Under the pieces are notes generated by a model, which did not search any database, was not told the DNA's origin, and worked only from the letters and a program-made list of their open reading frames with translations. DNA of 64,000 nt from Bugula neritina (Eukaryota; Animalia; Bryozoa), in contig OZ037769.1 in assembly GCA_964035545.1 (NCBI GenBank), forward strand, positions 12,926,633-12,990,632, in the 5' to 3' direction. Both the position numbers and the translations under genes were made by a program. This document shows, one piece after another, positions 29,721 through 42,667 of the stretch (positions within the stretch are counted from its first letter, which is position 1; every line of letters starts with the position of its first letter).

Positions 29721-31400
29721 TCATTATAAAACCTAAACATACTCGTGTTACTGTGACTGTCATTGTAATAGTAATACTAACTCAAAGTCATTGTGATTCT
29801 GATTACAAATACTGCTGAGTATCACTATTAGAGTATTACTATTAGTAATACTAATAGTATTACTATTAGTAATACTAATAGTATTACTATTAGTATTACT
29901 ATTACTTTTAGTATAACTGCTAGTAATACTATAACTATAAGTATCAGTCTAACTAAACAGTAATACTGTGAGAGTGTGAGTGTAACTGTAAGACTAAGTC
30001 AAGTCTATAAGTATAACTTTTAGTATTACTATAGACATAGTCTATAACTATAAGTAATGAACTGAGGGCCAGTGAGTATTAGTATAAAAGCAATTCTTAT
30101 TCTTATACTCAAAATGATAGTCATAAGTCATGACTCAACTGATAATAATAATATTAATTATACTCAGTAGCACCACTCATACTGATAGTGATAATTAGTT
30201 TCATACCCACATATTTAGTTTAACTTTGAAGGTCATGATCTTCATAGTTATCAGTAAATTAGTAACACTTCAATTGATATTCAAAACCATTAAAGTTATA
30301 CCTGTATGCAATGTAGCGTAACCCCTATCAGTGTCATATACCAGCTGAACTATCTTATAATATAAAATCGTGTAGATTCAAATACCATATGTGCGTGAAA
30401 TAAATGTCTATGTATTGTTTCTTTAAAAGTGCATTATTGTATTCCATACTTGTATGCCTGGAATCCATTTTCCAAATTGTTATTTTTCACGCTTATAAAT
30501 ACAAGCTAAAAAGTGCAAGTCTGCAATCATGCTGGTGCTAAAATTTTGCTGTAAGACCTGTTGTGGTATAACATAACTCTACGCTTATTTTGTTGATGTA
30601 ACATGAATGAATCTACTCTGCCAACATGCTACCTAAATATTTGCATAAGTATAATCATTTGATCACAGGAAATTCCAAAGTATTTCTTCATTGGCCTCAC
30701 TATAAGTATAAATGTGCCGTGGCGAAAGGAAAATCTGAACGTTCTTAAATGTTTGCATAGTACATCGACTATCAGTGGGCATCAGTTACCACGTTTCAGT
30801 CATTACCTAGGACGGGACTAAAATACATCTTTATTTTCAGTATTTTAGACAATTTTAGTTATCACATTTGTTTCAAAAATAATTAGCAATAAGTTGTATT
30901 ATATATTTAGTAGCTAAAATGAGTTTCTTTCTGCAATGTGAAACAAAATTGTAAGAGTAATAAAACTGAATAGTAATAGAAACTCTCAATGTTACGGTTC
31001 ATTTTTCATTTGCACCAACGCAACTGACTATTTGTAATAAAGAAAATCGTCATTAATATTAAAACCATTGCTTTATCATCATTGTCATAATAATTAAATA
31101 TTATTAAAAAGGATTTCACTAGTCACTAAAATTATCCCGTCATTGTTTTGATTATCAATGGTAATTGAGCTATAATGCACCGGTATATATCTAGAATTTT
31201 GTATGATTTTTTGCAGCTAGTAGAATAGTTTTTATTTCTACACAGTTGGCACTAAATTTGGTATTTTGCCTAGTAGCTATTAGCATGCATTGCAGCTATT
31301 CAAATTACTACAATCATTGTTTATATTCATAGTTTTCTCACACACAAAATATGTACGTCAGTCTGTAGATAAAAATAGTTGTGTCATGTGATTTCAGAAG

Positions 31401-32724
31401 ATGGCGCAGAATCTCTGCCGATACCACTCTATGCTTTGCAAGATGAAGCATAGTTCAGGGGTATCCAGTGTAAAGCTTCCGTATATACAGTTCGTTCAGG
31501 TTTGTTTTTTTTATTCATCTGCAAAAAGCCAAAAGTTCTTTAAAGTTTTCTCAATGTTGAAATTTCAATTTGCAGTTTTCTTTCAGAATCTTCTGAAAGA
31601 TTTATGCTGGCATTAGTCATAACTCATAAATATAGGAATTATTTGAAATATACATTATGTGCTTTGTTGATTTGCCTATAATTTGGTTCAATTCGCAATA
31701 CTTTTTCTAATAGTACTATGTATATAAACTGAGTGACTCTAAGAATAGATTGCAGTGAGCAGTATATTATGTTTTTATAAATCATGGCAAGTATTAAGCC
31801 CATCACTAAAGCAAAGAGTGGATAACTCCAGATTTTTATTGTTTATTGGTATAAAAGATACATAAAGCAAAGCACAGTGATAAGTGATTAGAAATAAGGT
31901 TGTGAGTAACAAGGCTGGACCTATCCACATAAAGATGTGTGGTTAAAAGTTGATGAGCTGTACTAAAAAGTGAAGATTGTTTTGCTATCCTGTAGCACTA
32001 AATAAGTGTTGTGTAATTTTCTGTTGAAATATTTTCATATCTAAATTGCGTTTTGTGCTGAATTTTATAGCTTTTTATAGAAAGTCCATTACACTGATGA
32101 ATCTGGTAACAGGGCTCAAACCATCAAAGATGCCCCATCTTTAGCTGATTTCATGGAAAATGGGTGAGTTTTCAAAACTTGTGTAAACCTGCAACATTTC
32201 AGAAATTTTATTGTCATCTCAACATGTAATATTTAAAATGTCTGAACTGTGTATAACAGCAGTGGGTTTAAATAGGGCTCTGCTGATGATGAAATATGTT
32301 TTCACTTGTTATTCCTTTTGTACTCTAATACAGTACAATCACAATTCATTGTGAAAGTAGGTCTCTGTTGGAGTTATCAATTTGTATAAAATATTGACAG
32401 AGATACGAACTCAATTCGAGGGTACGAAGGGCTGCTGAAGCCACTGAATGGGGAGCGAATGAGGGTACCGCCGTGGCTGAAAATGAAAATTCCCAGTGGA
32501 AATGAATACAAGAAGATTAAGAAGAGTTTAACCGGTCTTAGTTTATCAACAGTGTGTGAGGAAGCTAAATGCCCGAACATCGGGGAATGCTGGGGCGGTG
32601 AGAGTACTACTAGTTAACTAACTACTACTAGTACTACTGCTACTACTACTACTACTACTGCTAGTTAACTAACTACTGCTACTTCTACTACTACTACTAC
32701 TCCTGCTGCTGCTGCTGCTACTAT

Positions 32725-32794
<70 letters not shown>

Positions 32795-32825
32795 GCTGCT
32801 AGTTAACTAACTACTGCTACTTCTA

Positions 32826-32863
<38 letters not shown>

Positions 32864-32880
32864 ACTATTACTACTACTAT

Positions 32881-32920
<40 letters not shown>

Positions 32921-32945
32921 GCTAGTTAACTAACTACTGCTACTT

Positions 32946-33004
<59 letters not shown>

Positions 33005-33021
33005 ACTACTATTACTACTAT

Positions 33022-33079
<58 letters not shown>

Positions 33080-33094
33080 GCTAGTTAACTACTG

Positions 33095-33150
<56 letters not shown>

Positions 33151-33173
33151 ACTATTACTACTATTACTACTAT

Positions 33174-33243
<70 letters not shown>

Positions 33244-33265
33244 GCTAGTTAACTAACTACTGCTA

Positions 33266-33312
<47 letters not shown>

Positions 33313-33326
33313 ACTATTACTACTAT

Positions 33327-33408
<82 letters not shown>

Positions 33409-36400
33409 GCTAGTTAACTAACTACTGCTACTGCTACCACTACTACGTTGGCAGGCACTTGATATTGATTATATAATTGTGTGAATACAGAATCTTGATT
33501 TCACTCTGAGACTTCCTTTGAACTGGTCAACTTTGGAAACAAAGGCTGTCATCGCATAGCAGTATCTGTTACTTACTTCAGCTCAGCAGGTAAAAACAGG
33601 GTAAACACACAATTATTTAGACTGTGTGTTTTAATAAGTTCCTTGATCTGGTGCAATAGGTGACGGGCACACTGCTACTGCCACAATCATGGTGATGGGC
33701 GACACATGTACCAGAGGTTGTAGATTCTGTTCTGTCAAGACGAGCCGTGCGCCGCCACCTCTCAACCCCGACGAGCCTAAGAATACAGCTGAGGCTATAG
33801 CCAAGTGGGGAGTTGGCTACGTAGTCCTCACATCAGTGGATAGAGATGGTAATTTTGTGACTGCTTTCTTTACTTACTGCTCTTTGTCTTGCCATGTAGT
33901 ATCTACCAGATACAGGCTCTTTACCCAGCACTTTCTGCTGATGTGAAAATATATTCTTATTTTGTGATTACCTGTTAGAAGTTAAAAGGTCTCGTAAATT
34001 ATCACTTCTGAAAGTTTGCTCCAGTCTCATTGCATCTATAGAAGCATTGTATACAAATTTCTATGTGCTCATCAGGTAGTGAAACTTGTTTTTGAGACCT
34101 TTATGCTACACTAAAATGTGTGGAAAGGAAAGAATCTCTTTCCTACCTTCTACCTGTAAGCATGCACACACAGGCTATACTTTACCCTTTGAGTTCGCCT
34201 TAGTTTGTAATCAACTATTCTTCTGGAATCTTCTTCAGATCTGCCAGATGGTGGTGCCGCTCACTTTGCCCTAACTGTAAGCGAGGTCAAGCGAAGGAAC
34301 TCTAAAATTCTTGTGGAATGTCTAACGCCTGACTTCACTGGTAACCTGAGCTGTGTGGAAGCTATAATTGACTCGGGGCTCGATGTCTACGCCCACAATG
34401 TGGAGACAGTACAACGACTGCAGAGGTGAGAGATCATGCCCAAACACCTGGGATATGTATCACTAATCTTACTCACGCAAGTTTATCGTCACCATCCCTG
34501 TGAGAACCCTTTGATAAAAAGGATTTGTATTAAATTGGGTTAAGGGCTTATTCAGATGAGGCACAGTAGCAATTATGACCAGATGCTCTTCCTAACATCA
34601 CCAATGGCCTTTGTCGGAGTCGAGCCCATGACTTCGTGTTTACTAGGCAAACGCTCCAACCCCTAATCCACTGGCTGCTCCCTATGTATCACTATTCTTA
34701 CTATTATTGTATATAATTATAATATTAGTCTTGGGGGTGATAGTGCTTAGTTAAATCTTCTGTAGTATTGTCACAATTTGGGTAATGAAATGGAACTTTT
34801 AGGCTAGCTTAAGTTTTTCGTTTTCATAATATTAAGATTATAAATGATTAACTCTTGTGAATGTACACCATGGAAATCTTCCATTGTGATTTCCATGGTG
34901 TACATTCAAAAGTACAGTGATTTATCACATCTCTTGTAATTACTAAACTGTCTTTCCTCTGCTGGAGGTATAAATCCTTGTCTGTGTGCAGTTGCAGGTT
35001 AAATGTTACTTCCTATTCTAAGGTTTGTGAGAGACCCCAGAGCCAACTACGAGCAGACACTGTCCGTCTTGTCTCACGCTAAGAACTACAAGCCAAGTCT
35101 CATTACTAAAACATCCATCATGTTAGGTGAGACATACATTATGTTAGGTGAGACATTCATTGTGTTAGGTGAGATGTACATTATGTTAGGTGAGATGTAC
35201 ATTATGTTAGGTGAGATATTCACTATGTTAGGTGAGATGCACGTTATGTTAGGTGAAGTATTCATTATGTTAGGTGAGATATTCATTGTGTTAGGTGAGA
35301 TATACATTATGTTAGGTGAGACATACATTATGTTAGGTGAGATATTCGTTATGTTAGGTGAAGTATTCACTATGTTAGGTGAGATATTCATTATGTTAGG
35401 TGAAGTATTCACTGTGTTAGGTGAGATATTCACTGTGTTAGGTGAGATATTCACTGTGTTAAGTGAGATATTCATTATGTTAGGTGAGATATTTTCTTAA
35501 GTTAGATATAACATTCGTTGTGTAGGGTTGACACCCACTATGTTAGGTATATTCTTGTGTTTTGGACATACAACGTCTACACCAATGTTTTGATAACAAA
35601 TGTCATAGAAATTTTCAAGTTTCTCTCTGGGATATTGACAGCACTAGAAATTGCATCAGGTGTTGATGGTTCAGTAAGATGCTACAGTGTCTTATCCTCA
35701 CCATTGTTCTGTATGATATGGAGTGATTTTTAGTCACATGACTTTTTAGGACTCGGGGAGAGCGACGAGGAGATTTACCAAACCATGAAAGACCTGAGAG
35801 AAAATGGAGTTGGCTGCTTAACATTAGGACAGTATATGCAGCCAACCAAACGCCATCTCAAGGTAATACATGTGATCAACTCTCTGCGGTTGTGTTCTTA
35901 TGATTAAGTAAGTTGCTGATTTGTAAACAATCCTATATTATTATAGTATTATTTTTGGAGTCTAAGAAAAGTTTCTTTTTAAATTTACATTTTTTGCTAT
36001 TAACTAAAGATGAGTCTTGGAAATTAATGTACAGCTAAGGTTTTTCAACTGATAAGAGTAATGTTTATTTTTTAATTATTTTTTGCTCACCTCGGAAGTC
36101 TGCATATTGGCTAACCAATCAAGACTTCTAACTAGTTTTCTGTACATAGTACAGTTCTGTTATGTTGACTCTGGTCGTCTTTTGAGACAGCCCATCACGC
36201 GTAAACGGAATAAGTGTGTGTAGTCTATACCATTATCTACATACACTTTCTTCACATCCTGCCATACATTTGTTAATCCTTACCTGTAATTCTTCCCTCT
36301 TGTTACAGTTGTCATGTTCTATCAGGCACACACTAATACACTATAGTAATATAGATATTGCTGCAGTGGAGATGGTTAATCAGTCTGCCGTTATATTAAA

Positions 36401-37008
36401 CTGGTGGTACTAAACTTGCAGGTCAAAGAGTACGTAACTCCAGAAAAGTTTGATTATTGGAGAAAAGTCGGAGATGAGTTAGGATTTCTCTACACTGCTA
36501 GTGGGCCATTGGTTCGATCTTCATACAGGGCTGGTCAGTTTATAGATAAGTTATTATGAGTAAAGCAGAGTGATAGCATGGTGTGAGGTGGTGTCGTGCC
36601 TCATTGCTTTTTAATGAATTGCAGTTAAATAAAATAGTATTAGTATAATCATTTAGCTTTGAAATAGTATAATTGTAGTGGTGGCAATATAATATAATGT
36701 AATGTGATAATAGTATTAATATGATACACTGATAATATAATAAAATATTAGTATAACATACTGATAATATAATAAAATATTAGTATAATATAATATAGTG
36801 GTAATGTACTGGATATTAATATGAAATATAAATTAATACCGTTTGGGTTTGAAGTTGGCAAACATATAATCACCATTTGTGTGTATTATTGACACAACAT
36901 TTGTAGTTGCAAGTGTGTATGTAGTGTTCAGATACAATTGGGACTGTTTTAGGTGAGTTTTATTTGAAGCATCTCTTGGAAAAGAGGAAGGATCAGGCGA
37001 CTGATTGA
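31401..37008 (+). CDS. LIAS: Lipoyl synthase, mitochondrial (radical SAM), about 379 aa, 9 coding exons
   Basis: Exons 31401-31499, 32081-32163, 32401-32597 (PPWLK; [13 protein letters not shown] auxiliary-cluster motif), 33660-33848 (CTRGCRFC), 34239-34425 (AHNVETV), 35023-35126 (KTSIMLG), 35750-35862 (LGQYMQP), 36422-36533 ([11 protein letters not shown]), 36953-37008. The total is 1140 nt in frame. Confidence 0.96.
32603..33447. repeat. (CTA/CTG)n triplet array of about 840 bp with higher-order gctagttaactaact punctuation, LIAS intron 3
   Basis: Directly visible. It begins a few nt after the donor at 32598. Confidence 0.97.
34474..34682 (-). mobile_element. tRNA-derived SINE copy with a 20-bp target-site duplication
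   Basis: Same family as the 41093 copy. It is flanked by tatgtatcactaatcttact (34454-34473) and tatgtatcactattcttact (34683-34702). Confidence 0.88.
34858..34908. repeat. Perfect inverted repeat (21-bp stem, 9-nt loop)
   Basis: tgaatgtacaccatggaaatc-ttccattgt-gatttccatggtgtacattca. Confidence 0.92.
35120..35500 (+). repeat. 21-bp tandem repeat that copies the LIAS exon 6/intron 6 junction (ATGTTAG|GTGAGATATTCATT), 18 GT sites
   Basis: Donor-like GT dinucleotides occur at 35127 + 21n up to 35484. The array translates as (E-x-x-x-M/V-L-G)n in frame with LIAS. Confidence 0.95.
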
Positions 37009-38468
37009 ATCTCATCTCAGCACACGAACTTGTTTGCTACAAAATGTGTACTCTGTGCTACACATACAGGTCACCTGACCAGTCACATGATTGCTATAAA
37101 TATTACAAGTGAACTCTGGACAGTCTTAATGTAAATGTTGTTTGGATTGTTTCGATAACTTTACTCTTGGATACTGCGAAGATCAAATTCCCAAGAAGGT
37201 GGAGGTCCTCATCGCACATTTTAATCAGTTTAAGAGATGATAAATTCTATTTATATCAGAGGAATATTATTTTTATAAATGACAGTTAATCACTCTATTC
37301 TTTGTGTGTTTCCTGTTGTGCAATTTATAATAAATTTATTTTATTTTATCTGTACATTAACTAGCTTGCATAATACATACATCCATGTATTCCAATACAG
37401 ATTTCAGAGGGGCGCATAGAATTATGTCATACTTGTTACTAAGCTAAGATCCATACAAAGTAATGGAGTTGTCTAATCACTAAACTAACGAGTAAATGTC
37501 AAATCTACAGTGGATGAGAAATCTCAATTTTTCCCAAATTTAGTTTAGCGTACAATGTTAAGAAAGAAGACATAACATCTTAGACAAGATGAAATGAGTT
37601 CAGCCCAGGCTAAGGCACTTATCTTGATGGTCTTACTTTATAAAACTCAAAAAACCCACACAATACAAGAATTGTATTTCTATCAAACACTGCGTGTCTA
37701 TTCTTATTTCTTTTGTTGCTTTCAACTCAATTACTTAATTTAATGTAAACATTATGCATATTGTATATATGCAGTGTGTGATTGTTTCAAACGGGGGGGG
37801 GGGGGGAGAGTCAGTGATCGGTAGATTGAAGTCCTTTTTATTATGATTTTTATGAATTCGTCAGCATAACTAAGCCCATAACTTCTCATCAATTGGTCCT
37901 CCTATATAAATACTGCTGTCATGACTTCTCTCGATACATTGGTAATTTCTTATTGTTTATACGCAAACAATAGATTGGAATCTGGTGCCATGTTTTTCTG
38001 TTGTCAAAAATATAGATATTGATTATCTGATGCCAGCAGTGATCAGCTCATTGTTCAGCTACCTGACAGCATAACCTTTATACACCTCAAGTGAGCTACT
38101 TGAAATATACTAGTCTTGACTCTATGCTGACTAAGCTTGATTCAATACCCTGGTAAGTGCCAGTATGTATAGAGAGCATATGATAGTTATAATCGTTGCT
38201 AAAACTGTTCATCTAGTTGATTTTATATTGATGCAGCATTTGCTAAACTTTTAAAAGACTAGTTAATATTGACATTCACTCAACTTCCGTTTGCTTCGAA
38301 TGGATCCCTATGGATGGATTTGTGCATGGTTTACATTAACTTGTGTTTGTGATTTCATTCAATGCAACTGTTCCAAAATTAGTTAATCTTGACATTTTAA
38401 ATTCTTCTATTATTCTACCATTTGCAAAGTTTGAATAATAGTTTGTAATTTGATGCAGTTTCTAGAAA

Positions 38469-41400
38469 ATGCATCTACCCGCTTTCGGCAATCAGCCAAT
38501 CGTATTAGTCGCTGACCAGGAGCAGCCTAAAGTCTCTGACTCTTTTAAACATGGCGCTGTCAAACAGATGGTTGGGTGAGTAGCCAGTTGTCTCCTAAAG
38601 CATCAACTATTTGCACTACTTATAAAGTTATACGCCTTCAATAATCTGTATTCTTAGAAGTTTGTACAGTAATGGGAACAATTAGAAATGTCAGTGGGTT
38701 GGGTGTCAAATAAGTATAACAAAAGGAATAATGTTCGAAATAAAAATTTAACTCCTTCAAATCAAAATTTGTAGAGTGAAATAAGGAAATCTTTTTGGCC
38801 AAATACTGAGAAATTTACTGTTTTATTTGAATGGATTTTTCATTCAGTATTTATAAACAGCTGCATTGCATGACACCACAATCAAAAGCTCATGCAAGCC
38901 GAAACCACAAATTCATCCATACAGCATACATTTGCATAATGCGAAGTAATGGAAACACAGTGACTGCTGTGACATATTTATGAGTAAATATCATGCATAG
39001 AGAATGAATATACATAAATATATACATGCATATATCGTTTACACTATTCAACTGTATCAACTGACATGGACTAAAGTAGCCATGGTTGTATCAGTAGTAG
39101 AAGAATCAATCTTGTAATTAAACAGATGAAGTCATAGTTCAGAAAATTTGCATGGATGAGAGAGAAAAAGTTTAGCCTTCGTTTTTCTTATCTTACATAT
39201 ATTCTTACTCTCTGTACTTTATCTTACAATATTCTGTCTCCGCATACAAATACTGAATTTCAGTGTAATAATTTCAATATATATTTTACTTTCTTATTTT
39301 CTTGTAGCTTCTTGCATTTTTCACTAGCTTAATATGTTTTCTATGTATGTATGTCTGAGGCTGTACTGCTTCATATTTCATGGGCTGAGAGAACATGTGA
39401 TGTATTTTTAGACTGTCCGTCACGCAGATAGTTATTGGCTGTTTCTGTCTCATAATTGGCGTTGTGTTGACTCCACTAGACGCTAATACAAGACAAGGAT
39501 CTGACTGGAACGGCTTCGGATACAGGATATGGATAGGTCTCTTGGTATGTCTTGCTTTATACAGCTTTATGTGCGAGTGCGTGCGTGTGTATAAACTTAA
39601 CATTACCTTCATTTTTTTTATAAATTAAATATTTTTTTGGTATATTGTAACATTCTATACAATGTTAATTGCTGGCCATAATATATTTCTGTATCACTTT
39701 GAATATTTTTAGATTTTAATGCTAGGCTTCCTGGGAATAAAAGCTGTGAAAAGCTCAAATTCCTGCCTGGTGGGTAAACCATTCTAACTTTCAAATGTGG
39801 TCTTTCCATCCCCTTTCCAAAAACTGCTTCCTAATTTGCAATGATTATTTTTTAATTTTTAATTTGGTTATTCTTTTGCTGTGAGAACTTTTGCATTCAG
39901 TATATATTATATTGTAAATACTAATACATTCAAAACTTTATACGGTTATATACAAGTTTTCACACGAATAATTGTTACACTAAAAAATGGATGAGTGCTG
40001 GGGTAATAAGGGTAAGTCTGATTAAAAAAAGGTGTGTATGTGACTAATAGGACTGTGACTGTGTGTGTGTGACTGCGTGGGAATTGTGACTGAAGAGGGG
40101 CGTATTCTATAAGCTCTCAGTACCTTATAGAAATGTCTAGCAATAAGATGTTTGGTGTATTCAGAAATAAAAATTGCACTTTTCCCCTGGAATTTTAAGA
40201 ATGTTGATCTAATCAAAATGTTTCTCTGTGTAGGCCTTTATATAACAAAGTATGCCTACACCTAGATTCTAGATCATAGGCCTACCTGTTTAATGTCTAA
40301 AGTTGTATATTGTAGATAACAGCTGTGATGGTGTTAAACATCATAACCTCCTCATTGGGTTCACTTATTTTCTTCTTTGTTCTGATTGGTGGGCTATTTT
40401 CAATTTCGGACAATGAGTGTCCGTATTATTCAGGATACAACACTTCAACTCCACACTACACCACCTCAACTCCACACTACCATGCTGATGATGAGTGTAA
40501 CCAAGATGGTGTAAGTCTCATTATTTCTTAGCAAAATCTATACACTCCCACTTTGGCAGGTAATGATGCTTCTGGTAATTTAGATGATGTTATAATAAAC
40601 TGGATAAATTAATTTCTCCATTTCTTGAAATACAATCTTGCAGTATATAGAAATGATGATTTATTTGCATCATATATGTGTGCTTTTGTGTGTACATAAT
40701 ATAATATGCTATGTATATTATATACATACATATATTTATATAGGATATATGTATATATAAAATAAAAAAACGATATTATATAGCATACATAATAATCATA
40801 TCTAAATGGAGGATAAACTTAATACAAACTATTTACATCTGTTAGCCAATCAGATCGGCTCTTTGTTGCTGATTTGCAAGACAAATATTCCCAGCATATG
40901 TTGCAGCTGACGAGCATGTTCCTAGTCTTTGAGTCGATGATGCTGACAATGGCAGTGACAGAGCTGGTGGTCAGTATCTGGGTGGCCGTGTTGTGCTGTA
41001 AAGCTGTGTGCAGATGCTGTAAGCAGAACTCTGTCAGCCCCGTGGTAGGTGTTGGTCTACTAAAACTCAATGTATTAGTAATGGTTTATACAGGAGCAGC
41101 CGTGGTCTGGGGGTTAGAGCGTTTGCCTAGTAAGCAAGAAGTCATAGGTTCGAACCCAGACAAAGGCCATTGGTGATGTTAGGAAGAGCATCCAGTCATA
41201 ATTGCTCCTGTGCCTCATTTAAATAAGTCCTTATAGCCTGCTTTAACAAAAACCCTTTCCATCAGAGGTTTCTCACAGAGATAGTGACTATAAACTTGTG
41301 TGAGTTTTAGTAACAGTTTATACAACAGTTCTTTAGACAAAGTGCTATAGCATGTTGCTACATATGCAGTTTGGTCGCTCAAGTTTACTCTTTGCATTCT

Positions 41401-42667
41401 GATTGAATAACAAATACTTTTACCGAAAGAGAATATGCTAGACCCGGTGTAGCATATACGCTACATTAACTTTCAATGCAAATACGTATATCTAATGGAA
41501 ATGATAAAAAATTACAAAATACATCTACAAAATTCAATTTTTAACATATTTTATACACACATACCATATTTTTGATAGTGAAATTGTATGAGTATATAGC
41601 ATCAAGTTTAGAATTTGACGTTCACCTAGTTCGAGAAACAGGTAATTGTGGTTGCATTAAGTTAAAAGCTAAAAATAGAACAGGCTAGAAAAGCTACAAG
41701 TTAGCAACTAATAAATCTGTATCTGTGTTGGTTATACTTGTGCACTTGGTTTGCTGCAGATAAGATTTATAGTTCAGCCTGCAAGCTCCTCCCACTCTCC
41801 CTTTGCTCCGCCTACCTATGCCAGTCTTGCCTCCACCACCTACACTAATGTGCAGCCAGGTGCTTCAGGGTTCAGATGTCAAGGTAAGTTTACAGCTGGC
41901 AGATGAAGCAAGTGCTACTTTATGCCTCTTCTAGTCACAGTGAAAGCTGTGAGCCTGTCACCCATGTAAAATATATCCCTAGATTTTAGGTCTTGTATAT
42001 ATAAATGTGTTTTCTTACAAAGCTGACAAACAGTTATGTATTTAGAAGGAAAGTTAGTTATATATTTTTTCCACTTTAGCTTTATATGTAAAATATTCAT
42101 ATTATATTATGTTTATTATAATATATTGTGTTATATCATATAATATTATATATTATATTTTATTATATTACATCCTGCTATATGTATTATTATATTATAC
42201 TATGTTATGTTTTTACCATATTATATTATGTTATATTACTATCATACTATATTATATTTTTATTAGATTATGTTGTTTTATATTTTATTATTAAACTATG
42301 TTATATTTTTACCGTATTATGATATAATATATTATATTATATTTATACCACATCATACTATATTATAATATTATATTATATTATTTTTGAATTAGTCCTC
42401 TACTATTTAGGTGCCGGTCAGCCTCTGCTGCAGTTGATGCCGAATAATAACTCAGCTACTGCAGGTCTGCCTTTCTCTGTCACACCTACCCCACACTCAG
42501 GGACGGGTAGCACACCCCCCACACAGCCAGCAACTACCCAACTCCCCAGCACGCAGCTGCCAGCTGTAGCTAACTCTCATATCACACCAGAAGTGATGTC
42601 ATCTCCGAATAGACATGCCGCCCTCAGACCACTTCGCCCTCCTACATACAGTTCTCTTAGGAGATAG
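38469..42667 (+). CDS. MS4A/CD20-like four-transmembrane protein, about 336 aa, with a Pro/Ser/Thr-rich tail carrying two PPxY motifs
   Basis: Exons 38469-38575, 39412-39544 (GLSVTQIVIGCFCLIIG..GYRIWIGLL), 39713-39769, 40316-40510, 40907-41044 (ELVVSIWVAVLCC), 41760-41883, 42411-42667; the total is 1011 nt in frame. There is an upstream TATA box at about 37903 and a non-coding exon donor at about 38152. Confidence 0.75.
41093..41306 (+). mobile_element. tRNA-derived SINE, best-preserved copy, with an 18-bp TSD
   Basis: A-box-like tggtctggggg, anticodon-like arm ttgc-ctagtaa-gcaa and B-box ggttcgaaccc. The flanks are ttagtaatggtttataca (41075-41092) and ttagtaacagtttataca (41307-41324). Confidence 0.88.

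Noticed and set aside
35003-35500. 165-aa ORF with MLGE repeats (and antisense ORF 35086-35475) as a standalone repeat protein
   Set aside because: It is LIAS exon 6 reading into the intronic 21-bp repeat. The conserved protein resumes at 35750.
41093-41170. tRNA-Thr gene
   Set aside because: The acceptor stem is poor, and the tRNA-like head continues into a shared core and tail found in several dispersed copies with TSDs, so it is a SINE head.
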